Shown one piece after another: positions 53,965-64,000 of a stretch of 64,000 nucleotides of DNA. Positions within the stretch are counted from its first letter, which is position 1; every line of letters starts with the position of its first letter. Both the position numbers and the translations under genes were made by a program. The notes beneath the pieces were generated by a model. That model did not search any database, was not told where the DNA came from, and saw only the letters and a program-made list of their open reading frames with translations. This stretch comes from Octopus vulgaris (lineage: Eukaryota): positions 185,380,001 to 185,444,000 of the forward strand of contig OX597814.1 of assembly GCA_951406725.2 (NCBI GenBank), written 5' to 3'.

Positions 53965-55090
53965 ATAGTTGTTGCTGTTGTTGTTTCTAGTGGTGGTGTT
54001 GGTGGTTGTGGTCGTGGTGGTGGTGGTAGTGGTGGTGGTGGGGTGGTAGTGGTGGGGGTGGTAGTGGTGGTGGTGGTGGTAGTGGGACCGTCATAGTCAT
54101 CATCATCATCATCATCATCACTACCACCACCACCACCACCACTGTCAATGTCATCGTCAACCAACCACATCATTATCAGCCACATCACGACCATCACTAC
54201 CAGTATTACTGTGATCATCACCATCATCATCACCATCATCATCATCGTTATTATTGTCACCTTCTTACTCATCACCCTAGTCGTCCTCATCAACATCTTC
54301 ATCCTCATCATTATCATCATCATCATCATCATCATCATCTTCTTCTTCTTCATCATCATCATCATCGTCATCCACTTCCTCCTCCTCTTCCTCATCTTCC
54401 TCATCTTCCTCATCTTCCTCATCTTCATCATCTTCATCATCATCCTCTTCCTCCTCTTCCTCCTCTTCATCATCTTCGTCATCGTCCTCTTCCTCATCAT
54501 CCTCCTCCTCATCCTCATCTTCATCATCTTCGTCATCGTCCTCTTCCTCATCATCATCCTCCTCTTCCTCATCTTCATCATCTTCGTCATCGTCCTCTTC
54601 CTCATCATCATCCTCCTCTTCCTCATCTTCATCATCTTCGTCATCATCCTCTTCCTCATCATCATCCTCCTCTTCCTCATCTTCATCATCTTCATCATCT
54701 TCATCATTATCATCTTCATCATCATCATCCTCCTCTTCCTCATCATCTTCATCTTCATCATCATCATCTTCATCATCATCCTCATCCTCATCATCATCAT
54801 CTTCATCATCATCCTCATCCTCATCATCATCATCATCGTCATTATCAACACGACCACCACCACCACCGCCACCACCACTACCACCATCACAACCACCACC
54901 ACCACCACCACCATCATCGCCTCCATCTCTTGCCACTGCCATTCAACAGTACTGCCACCACTGCCATTTCCACCACTGCCGCCACTACAGCAGTCACACC
55001 CTTCCTCACCACCACCACCATCACCACCACCACCACCACCACTGCCATCACTGCCATCTCAACCACCCCCACACCCACCACCACCACTCC
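53965..55090. repeat. Compound trinucleotide block; (TCA/TCC/TCT)n core with a 54-bp higher-order repeat
   Basis: CGTCATC(G/A)TCCTCTTCCTC recurs at 54477, 54531, 54585, 54639. Confidence 0.9.
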
Positions 55091-55439
55091 ATTCACTGTC
55101 CCCTGTACTAGCCCTTACACTAATAGTTCAGTCACCAACATCATTCATATCTCATTGTTTTTGTTGTTACATCTTTCTTTTTTCCTCTTTACTAATTCTT
55201 GCTGTTGTTGTTGCGGTTGTTGTCTTTCCCATCACCACTCCTCCTTCTTCTGGTCTTCTGCTTCCCGCTTCTTCCACATCTTGAAGCATCTCCTCCTACC
55301 ATTATATGTGCTTGCTTTACAAATCATCTTCCCTTTCTCTCCCTCTCTCTGTCTCTGTCTCTGACTCTCTCCTTCCCTCCCGCCCCCCTCCATCTCACAC
55401 CTTTCTGCCAATATCTGTGTATATGCATGTATGAATTTG

Positions 55440-55558
55440 AGGGTTTATGCATGTACACTACACACACACACACACACACACACAGAGTCACACATACACA
55501 CATGCATGCACACACATATATGCATGCAGAAATAATCACACATTTTTATTAATATATA

Positions 55559-55625
<67 letters not shown>

Positions 55626-56004
55626 CATATATGTACATACATACAAAAAAATATTTATGCATTTATAAACATACACGCATATATATATATATATATATAT
55701 ACACATGTACATATATACACATATACATATATATATATATACATATATATATTTACATAAAATATAGATCAATGTTACACACACATACATTCATGCATAT
55801 ATACATATATATAAATCTATGTATAAATGTATGTGTGTGTATATATATAATATATATATATATGCATATATAAATCTATCTATATATACATGTACACACA
55901 CACATATATATGTATATACATATGTACATGTTTATATATACAAACATATGCATACATATATATAGATATATACATGTAGATATACACACACACACACACA
56001 CATA

Positions 56005-56056
<52 letters not shown>

Positions 56057-56154
56057 TATATTTATATTTATATTTAGATAAAATATAGATCAATATGTCA
56101 GAGACACAAACAGATATTTATGTATTTAAATATATATATGTGTATATATGTGTA

Positions 56155-56245
<91 letters not shown>

Positions 56246-56634
56246 CACTTACTCTATACAGTCTAAGCTCTAAAGAATGTGGTGTCCCCCACCAACACCA
56301 CCAGGCATTTTTTCCTGATTTGCTTTTGCTTTATTAATTTCTTCTGTTGTTGTCATCAAATTCCTCTTATATTTCGCTTTTTCTCTATCTATTTTTTCTC
56401 CATAATTTCATTTCATTCCTATCTATTCGTAAATGTATGAAACACACCTCCCAATATATATACATATGTGTGTGTGTGAGTGTTTATGCGTATGTATGTA
56501 TGTATGTATGTATATGTATGTATGCATATAAATATTTATAAAATACTTTCTACATATGTGCATATATTATACACATTTATGTGCATATGTGTGCATGTGC
56601 GTGTGCATGCATGTTGTATGTATATATATAACGA

Positions 56635-56673
<39 letters not shown>

Positions 56674-56750
56674 GTGTGTATATATATATGTATATGTGTA
56701 TGTATGTATGTATGTATATATATATATACATATATCTATCTATCTATCTA

Positions 56751-56789
<39 letters not shown>

Positions 56790-56850
56790 ATATATATATG
56801 TACATATATATATGTATATATATGCACACTCACACACATGCATAAATGCT
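55440..56850. repeat. (TA)n/(CA)n/(TATG)n compound microsatellite region
   Basis: Directly visible. Confidence 0.9.
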
Positions 56851-56984
56851 CAAACATGCATACCTGCTATTTATTAGAAAACAGGTTATATCATATTGCT
56901 TACAACATTTTAATGTATTGCTAATTTATACATGAAGAGCAAAACCAAAATCAAACTCTTAAAAAGGAAAATAATGTATATATA

Positions 56985-57460
56985 TCATCATCATGATCAT
57001 CCTCAATTAAAGTCCGCTTTCCATGCTAGCATGGGTTGGACGATTTGACTGAGGACTGGCGAACCAGATAGCTGCACCAGGCCCCAATCTTGATCTGGCA
57101 GAGTTTCTATAGCTGGATGCCCTTCCTAATGCCAAACACTCCAAGAGTGTAGTGGGTGCTTTTATGTGCCACCAGCACGAGGGCCAGTCAGGTGGTACTG
57201 GCAATGGCCATGCTCAAATGGTGTTTTTTACGTGCCACCTGCACAGGAGCCAGTCCAGCGACACTAGTAACGACCTTGCTCAAATGTTTTTTCACATGCC
57301 ACTGGCACAAGTGCCAGTAAGGTGACACTGGTAACAATCACGTTCGAATGGTGCTTCTTATGTGCCACCGGCACAGACGCCAGTTAGCTGCTCTGGCAAC
57401 GATCACACTCGGATGGTGCTTTTAGTGCTCCACTAGCACGGATGCCAATCATCAAATTTG
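56985..57460 (-). mobile_element. LINE-tail/SINE-like repeat with (ATG)n tail and internal ~57-bp tandem units; same family at 62725-62951 (+)
   Basis: TTAGGAAGGGCA(T/A)CCAGCT...CCAACCCATGCTAGCATGGAAAGCGGAC shared by both copies. Confidence 0.7.
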
Positions 57461-57482
57461 ATTTTATATATATATATATATA

Positions 57483-57655
57483 TAAAGGGAAAGTTTACGA
57501 AAATAAACAAAAGACGAAGGCAGATGTATCAGGTGTATCAGTATAGCGCTCAGGAATAGAAAAAGTCTTTTACATTTCGAGCCTACGCTCTTCTACAGAA
57601 AGATACACAGAAAAAAACAAGGAGAGAAAAAAATGTGTGTAGTAGCTAAAAATCT
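57483..57655 (-). mobile_element. ~200-bp variant-hammerhead element (core 57566-57603)
   Basis: Reverse strand TCTTT-CTGTAGA-a-GAGCgtagGCTC-GAAATG-TA-AAAGA; within (TA)n. Confidence 0.6.
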
Positions 57656-57818
57656 TATATACATAGACATTAAAGAATTTTCAGGATTAAAGGTATAAAT
57701 GTAAAAATGAAATATATACAGGTAACTATGACAACAATAACAAGCACATTTGACACACGAAATTTTTTTTTAAATGCATATTCCAAAGAATAATAGATAC
57801 TCAAAGGTCCAGGTACTT

Positions 57819-57869
57819 CTGGCTGATGAAACAGATAATGTCGAAACACCAGCATCCTGATGTACACAG
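57819..57869 (+). ncRNA. Type-I hammerhead motif with extended helix III
   Basis: ctgg-CTGATGA-aACAgataaTGTc-GAA-ACACCAG-catc-CTGATGT-A-cacag; helix III 6 of 7 bp. Confidence 0.55.
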
Positions 57870-57931
57870 CAGTAATTAGCAGATAAGCTTTGAAATCTGC
57901 CAGAATGCATTAAGAATAAATATACCCATTT

Positions 57932-58288
57932 TTTACTCTCTTACTTGTTTCAGTCATTTGACTGCAGCCATGCTGAAGCACCACCTTTAGTCGAGCAAAT
58001 CAACCCCAGGACTTATTCTTTGTAAGCCTAGTACTTATTCTATCGAACTCTTTTGCCGAACTGCCAAGTTACGGGGATGTAAACACACCAGCATTGGTTG
58101 TCAAGCGATATTGGGGGGACAAACACAGACACACAAACATATACACACACATACATATACATATATACGACAGGCCTCTTTCAGTTTCCATCTACCAAAT
58201 CCACTTACAAGTTTTTGGTCGACCATGCAGTGGGACTGAACCCGGAACCATGTGGTTCATAAGCAAGCTACTTACCACACAGCCACTA
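57932..58288 (-). mobile_element. TGGCTGTGTGG-family SINE (internally deleted)
   Basis: Reverse-strand head and TGACTGAAACAAGTAAGAGAGTAAA tail. Confidence 0.85.
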
Positions 58289-58735
58289 TGTTTATCATTG
58301 TTTCAGAAAACTTGCTGCTTGCAGTGCAAATAATTTTTTTTTTGTCAGTTCGTAGATATATGCACTGATCAGAAAAACAGTTTTGTTCGTTGAAATTATA
58401 ACCCGATCTAGTGGTCTCTTTAGGCTCAAAAGGTCCAGCTACTTCTAGCTTATGAGACAACATGTCAAAACATAAGTGTCCCACAATCCCTTGTGCTAAT
58501 GAGCCATGCGTGTTATGAAAGCGTCTTCATCATAAATTGTAGAAATTGTTCTCTTGTGACATATACAACAACAACTAGCATATTTGCATTTAAACATGCT
58601 GAAATGTATTCAGATAAATGTGCTAGTCAACAATTCAGATTTCCTTGTATACAATGAAAATAATGATTTATTCACAGTTTATTAGAAAATATAAAAATTA
58701 CTCCAATACAGAATAATATAATAATTAGCAGTATA

Positions 58736-59405
58736 CGCGCAGGAGTGGCTGTGTGGTAAGTAGCTTGCTTACCAACCACATGGTTCTAGGTTCAGTCCTA
58801 CTGCGTGGCACCTTGGGCAAGTGTCTTCAACTATAGTCTCGGGCCGACTAAAACCTTGTGAGTGGATTTGGTAGATGGAAACTGAAAGAAGCCTGCCTTA
58901 TATATGTATATATATATATATTTCTATACTACCCACAAGGGGCTAAACATAGAGGGGACAAACAAGGACAGACATAGGTATTAAGTCGATTACATCGACC
59001 CCAGTGCGTAACTGGTACTTAATTTATTGACCCCAAAAGGATGAAAGGCAAAGTCGACCTCGGCAGAATTTGAACTCAGAATGTAACGACAGACGAAATA
59101 CCGCTAAGCATCTCGCCCGACGTACTAACGTTTCTGCCAGCTCGCCGCCTTTGTATATATATATATATATGTGTGTGTGTGGGGAGGGGGTGTATGTTTG
59201 TGTGTCTGTGTTTGACTCCCCCACCAACATCACTTGGCAACTGATACTGGTGTGTTTACGTCCCCGTAACTCAGCGGTTTGACAAAAGAAACTGATAGAA
59301 TAAGTACTAGGCTTACTAAGTCCTGGGGTCAATTTGCTCAACTAAAGGTGGTGCTCCAGCATGGCCACAGTCAAATGACTAAAACAAGTAAATGAGTAAA
59401 AGAGA
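58736..59405 (+). mobile_element. TGGCTGTGTGG-family SINE with a Nin-SINE monomer (58918-59151, minus) nested in its (TA)n
   Basis: Head 58736-58900, 3' half 59195-59405; nested element has full head AAGGCGGCGAGCTGGCAG. Confidence 0.85.
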
Positions 59406-59612
59406 GTATAGAGTAATATTAAATATCTGAGTGTGATATAAACAGTAGCAATATGGAATCATGACATATAATTGCCAACAAAGTGTGGCGTCCTATAAGG
59501 GACAGTGCTACTAACATTTATAACCTCTTCCAGCTGGCTAACGACACACATTCTGTGTCTGATTAGTATTTGTGAGGGGAGGTCATCACTCTCATCTCTA
59601 GCCTTACGTGAT

Positions 59613-59659
59613 ACATACAGACTCGAGTTTCTGGGTGATTACCCATCCTCAGTGTGTGT
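59613..59659 (-). ncRNA. Type-I hammerhead ribozyme
   Basis: Reverse strand ACACACA-CTGAGGA-TGGGTaatcACCCA-GAAA-ctcgag-TC-TGTATGT (6 of 7 bp stem I). Confidence 0.8.
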
Positions 59660-60004
59660 TAATCACCAGCTAGTGATAAAAACTCACTCCACTCAAAAAA
59701 TGCTAGATGCTTTTTCTCGCGACAAACTGTCGCTGATCTTCAAAAAGGAGAAATAAGCTATATTAAATCTCTGAGCGAGATGCAAGCAATAGCAATACAG
59801 AATCATAACAAATAATTACCAACTAAATGTAGCATCCTATACAGGACAGAGCCACTGACGTTTATAGCCCCAGGAAGACATCTCTTACTACTGGCTAATA
59901 ACACATATTCTGTGTCTGATTAGTATTTCAGCAATGGTTTGTTGCTGGAAAAAGCATATAGTATTTTGTGAGTGGAATAAGTTTATATCACTAGCTGGTG
60001 ATTA

Positions 60005-60051
60005 ACACATGCTGAGGATGGGTAACCACCCAGAAACTCGAGTCCATGTGT
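60005..60051 (+). ncRNA. Type-I hammerhead ribozyme, intact core, GUC cleavage triplet
   Basis: ACACATG-CTGAGGA-TGGGTaaccACCCA-GAAA-ctcgag-TC-CATGTGT: 7-bp stem I, 5-bp stem II, palindromic helix III ACTCGAGT; predicted cut after 60044. Confidence 0.88.
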
Positions 60052-60089
60052 ATCATGTAGGGCTAGGGACGGGAACATTATAATTGTTT

Positions 60090-60295
60090 ATAATTTAGAC
60101 TCAAGGCCAGCAGTTTTTGTGTGGACATATTTATTCAATACCACAAAACCCATTATATTTGACTGATGTTCGATTTTTATTGTCCCCTGAATAGATGAAA
60201 GACAAATTTGATCTCAGTCAGATTTGAACTCAGAAGGTAAAGAACCAGAATACCACAAGACATGATGCTTTAATTACTCTGCCACTTCACCACTC
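60090..60295 (-). mobile_element. Old Nin-type SINE remnant
   Basis: GATGAAAGACAAATTTGATCTCAGTCAGATTTGAACTCAGAA matches the Nin/B-box region. Confidence 0.55.
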
Positions 60296-60328
60296 CACTC
60301 TAAATAATACAAAAACTAACAACAGCAA

Positions 60329-60378
<50 letters not shown>

Positions 60379-60404
60379 GCTGCTGCTGCTGCTGCTGCTG
60401 CTGC

Positions 60405-60462
<58 letters not shown>

Positions 60463-60465
<3 letters not shown>

Positions 60466-60760
60466 GCCTTGTGAGTGGATTTGGTAGATGGAAACTGAAA
60501 GATGCCTGTCGTATATATGTATATATATATGTGTGTGTGTGTGTGTACATGTTTGTGTGTCTGCGTTTGTCCCCCCCCCCCAACATCGCTTGACAACCGA
60601 TGCTGGTGTGTTTATATCCCCATAACTTAGTGGTTCGGCAAAAGAGACCGATAGAATATGTACTAGGCTTACAAAGAATAAGTCCTAGGGGCAATTTGCT
60701 CGATTAAAGGTGGTGCTCCAGCATGGCCACAGTCACATGACTGAAACAAGTAAAAGAGTA
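60463..60760 (+). mobile_element. 5'-truncated TGGCTGTGTGG-family SINE
   Basis: AAAGCCTTGTGAGTGGATTTGG to TGACTGAAACAAGTAAAAGAG, within (TAA)n. Confidence 0.85.
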
Positions 60761-60782
60761 ATAATAGTAAGAATAAAAAATT

Positions 60783-61650
60783 TTTCTTTATCAGCCACAA
60801 AGGTTTGAAAAGATACAGAAAATTACAAAGAAATATTAAATGGGAGTCCTATAAAAACGTTGGGTATGTGACAGAGAAGTTATAGAAAGACAAGAGAAGA
60901 GATGAATGAGGTTATATGATATATAGTTGAACAAATTTATAAACCACAAATATTTACAAAGAATAAATAAAAATGTACAACAAAATACAATAATCAAAAA
61001 CAGGATGTCTATGTGAAAATTATATGTCAATTTGCATTGAAAAGTTTGAAAAGTTCTTTCAACAAGAATAACTTGCTTTAACTGAATTTCTGTTAAAAAA
61101 CATTATGGTAACTCTACTTCATCATGAAAATTTAAATAGATACAATTTAGGAAGTCTCTAGCAATATTTATTTTATACACTTCAATTATAGACTGCATTA
61201 TACCAGAAGTCTGACAGAACTTTGTTGACATTTCATGATATACTTTACTATTAAGAAATAAATAAAAAGATAAATACAACAATTTTAATGCGTTCTTTTG
61301 TAACTAAATTAACTCTCCCATAATCTAATTTCAGTTTCAACATATGGTCACAGTTCAAGTGAGTTGCCAAGTACAACTCCAAAATTTTTCATTAGCTGTT
61401 TGGTAAGGTTACTTGTTTCTAAATTTAATATTGGATTAAAAAAATTAAGCATCAACTGAAACTGACAAACCTGTTTCAGTAAATAGTTTTACGAGGTTTT
61501 TTCAAATTTATCTAATCCATGATGGTTCTTATTTTGCAAAACAAAAAGATCATCATCTCTATATAGCCCTCTTCCAATGATCAGAAACAGTTAATGCAAA
61601 AGGTTCAAAATATTAATTCTAATAATTTTAGATAGTTCTGTCCCATCATA
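60783..61650 (-). mobile_element. Possible ancient L1/Tx1 3' region
   Basis: Terminal TCTTTATCAGCCACAAAGG...AAATTACAAAG resembles the 14880 LINE end; body too decayed to translate convincingly. Confidence 0.3.
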
Positions 61651-61733
61651 TGATACCAATCAAAGCATCAAACAAATCATTTTTACCTCAAGATGTTATT
61701 GAAAAAAAAAGACATTTTTTTGTGTGTATAATT

Positions 61734-62424
61734 ATCTCAATCTTTAATATAAAAGTCAATGTCTTTATGTGTGTTCATGTGTTTGTGTGTTTATATGTTA
61801 CTTATAGACTCAAAAACTACTGGACTGATCCCAATGAAATTTGGAACACAAAATCCAAGCCTAGGGTGAAGGGTAATGCCATATGTCTCATACAATTTTG
61901 AGTGGGCATAAAGTGGGGCAGAACACCCCCTGTGAAAATTCATATTCTTCGGATTTTGATGAAATTTGAACCATAAGTATTAGAAATAAATTTTAAGATA
62001 TACCCAGAATTTCCATTTCTTTGGATGATTCTAAGATCCCTTAATGAGGGATTAACCCCCAAATTTTAGTCATTTTTCATGGACCAAAATTACTGAATGG
62101 ATCCTTATGATATTTGAAACTTAGATTTAATGCATAAGAGCATGTAATATGCAGTATATTTGGTTTGAATATGAGGGTAATAGGTAATTGACACAAATCA
62201 CTTCTCATGAGGATTCTAAGACTCCCAAATTTTAGTAATTTTTTTATAATCCAAAACAAGGTCAAAAGTACTGACTGGGTCTTTACAAAATTTAGAAATT
62301 ATATTCTATGCATAAGGGTAGATGTAATGCAGTATATGTTTGAAAGTGAGGGGGCATAAATGAGGCCATAACCCCAATGAAAATTCATATATTTTTGCTG
62401 TTGATGAAATTTTAACCATAGGTA
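61734..62424 (+). mobile_element. Helitron/Helentron-associated (DINE/HINE-like) element with internal diverged repeats
   Basis: TCT..TATAAAAG start, GT-rich tract, AAAACTACTGGACTGATCCCAATGAAATTTGG core; repeated GGGCATAAA..TGAAAATTCATAT..GATGAAATTT units. Confidence 0.55.
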
Positions 62425-62957
62425 TGAGACACTTGTCCAAGGTGCCACGCATTGGGACTGAACCCAGAACCATGTGGTTGGTAAGTAAGCTACTTACTGC
62501 AAAGCCACTCCTGTGCCTATATATATATGTACATATTATTTAATAAACACAATATCTCTTTTTATGAGCTACCAATAGTTTTATGTGATGAAAAACAGCT
62601 CAGACAGCATTTTATGACACATCTGGTGCCTTCACTCAATCCTCAGGCTCTGCTGACATGGCATCAATTATATAATCATACACACACTCAAACAAACACA
62701 CATCCACACACATGCATAAAACACCATTTGAGCATGGCCATTGCCAGTACCGCTTGACTGGCCCTCGTGCCAGTGGCACATAGAAACACCCACTACACTC
62801 TCAGAGTGGTTAGCGTTAGGAAGGGCAACCAGCTGTAGGAACTCTGCCAGATTAGATTGGAGCCTGGTGCAGCCATCTGGTTCACCAGTCCTCAGTCAAA
62901 CCATCCAACCCATGCTAGCATGGAAAGCGGACGTTAAACAGTGATGATGATATATAT

Positions 62958-63270
62958 ATCACCGTGATCACCGTGACCGACCAGGCTATCAGATGTTGCT
63001 ACACATCGCTGGTCACAATGCGCTTCACATTGTTTTAGCCTTCAAATGACGCCACCTCGCTGGCTAAGTGAGCAGGCCAACAGAAGAAAGAGTGAAAGAA
63101 AGTTGTGACGAAAGAGTACAGCAGGGATCGCCACCATCCCCTGCCAGAGCCTCGTGGAGCTTTAGGTGTTTTCCCTCAATAAACACTCATAACGCTTGAT
63201 CTGGGAATCAAAACCGTGATCCTACAACCACAAGTCCGCTGCCTTAACCACTGGGCCATTGTGCCTCCAC
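62958..63270 (-). mobile_element. tRNA-derived SINE (family of 6551-6835)
   Basis: Reverse-strand head GTGGAGGCACAATGGCCCAGTGG, (CACGGTGAT)2 tail, within (TA)n. Confidence 0.85.
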
Positions 63271-64000
63271 ATATATATATACATACATATACACATATTA
63301 GTAATACTAGTATCCATATTACATGGTCCCTTTTTCTGATTCAGTGTCAGTCATGAGCATCTCCTCACTCCCCACTCAATAATAATGTCCTGTCATTTAA
63401 CTTCATAATCCTTTGATATAATTTCTGGGAGATCTTGTATATACTCTTTGGTCATGTCTTCTCTTGGAGCTTGTTTTCTTCATCTAGTTTTTGCAAAACA
63501 TTCATGCTGATCATCATCATCATTCACATTCTGTCTTCTTTCTTGACTAGTAATTCTCACCTCCCTCCCATATTTGCTTCAGTTTCATTGTTCCTCACAT
63601 AACACCTCATATCTCTATTTCTTACATAAATTTAATTATTTTCCCCCCTGAGTAAATGCTTCTCATCATTTCTGATTCTCCTCTCTTCATTCCTAATTCT
63701 TATATCTTTACTTTGTCCTTTCCCCAACCTTACCCTATATCTTCTCTGATTCTCTTGTGTCAATTCTCACTGCTGCGCTCAATGATCACTGTCTACCATA
63801 ACGCACCAAATTCCATTTCAGTAATAAAATAATTTAAAAAGTATTTAATATTGTATACCCAGTGATACCATCTCGATGACGTACTATCACACTTCTTCTA
63901 TGAAAAGAGTTAACAATGCAGTTATCAATATATAGATAGTTGGAAAAACTCTGCATCTAATATTATTATGCACATTTTACAGAGTAATTTAGAAATACAA

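Larger units (their letters stand above)
59417..60075. mobile_element. Hammerhead-containing ~344-bp terminally redundant unit plus inverted copy (retrozyme/Penelope-like)
   Basis: Direct repeat 59417-59571 / 59761-59928; inverted arms ~59592-59736 / 59928-60075, each with a hammerhead. Confidence 0.8.

Noticed and set aside
53946-55284. 326-aa and 378-aa overlapping ORFs
   Set aside because: Stop-free only because of (TCA/TCC/ACC)n repeats; open on both strands
58290-58580. Possible exon or mariner N-terminal relic
   Set aside because: Only weak resemblance (IYDEDAF) and no consistent frame or splice pair
63300-63800. Possible LINE linker relic (KQAPRED) on the minus strand
   Set aside because: Too decayed to assign

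Overview
AT-rich, microsatellite-saturated eukaryotic (animal) DNA with no intact protein-coding gene that I can support; nearly all ORFs in the track are translations of simple repeats. The repeat make-up (tRNA-derived SINEs with Nin-, CORE- and V/Meta-like cores, very long di/tri/tetranucleotide tracts) suggests an octopus/coleoid genome (inference). Recognisable elements are three decayed R4/Dong-type LINE pieces, a 5'-intact/3'-truncated Tx1/L1-clade LINE plus a separate Tx1-like 3' end, CR1 and RTE fragments, an internally deleted mariner with perfect 33-bp TIRs, a second mariner 5' end, a non-autonomous Helitron and about 25 SINE copies. Two signals stand out. (1) Several unrelated short non-coding repeats carry type-I hammerhead ribozyme motifs. 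One is essentially perfect (60005-60051). Two sit in ~350-bp terminally redundant units followed by an inverted copy (retrozyme / Penelope-like). A ~200-bp family has a fixed non-canonical core (A6U). (2) A Nin-domain SINE forms head-to-tail multimers with a recurrent junction in the loop of a hairpin in its tRNA-like head, and carries a 3' tail matching the Tx1-like LINE end found in the same window. Ribozyme activity, circular RNAs and organism are inferences that need testing.
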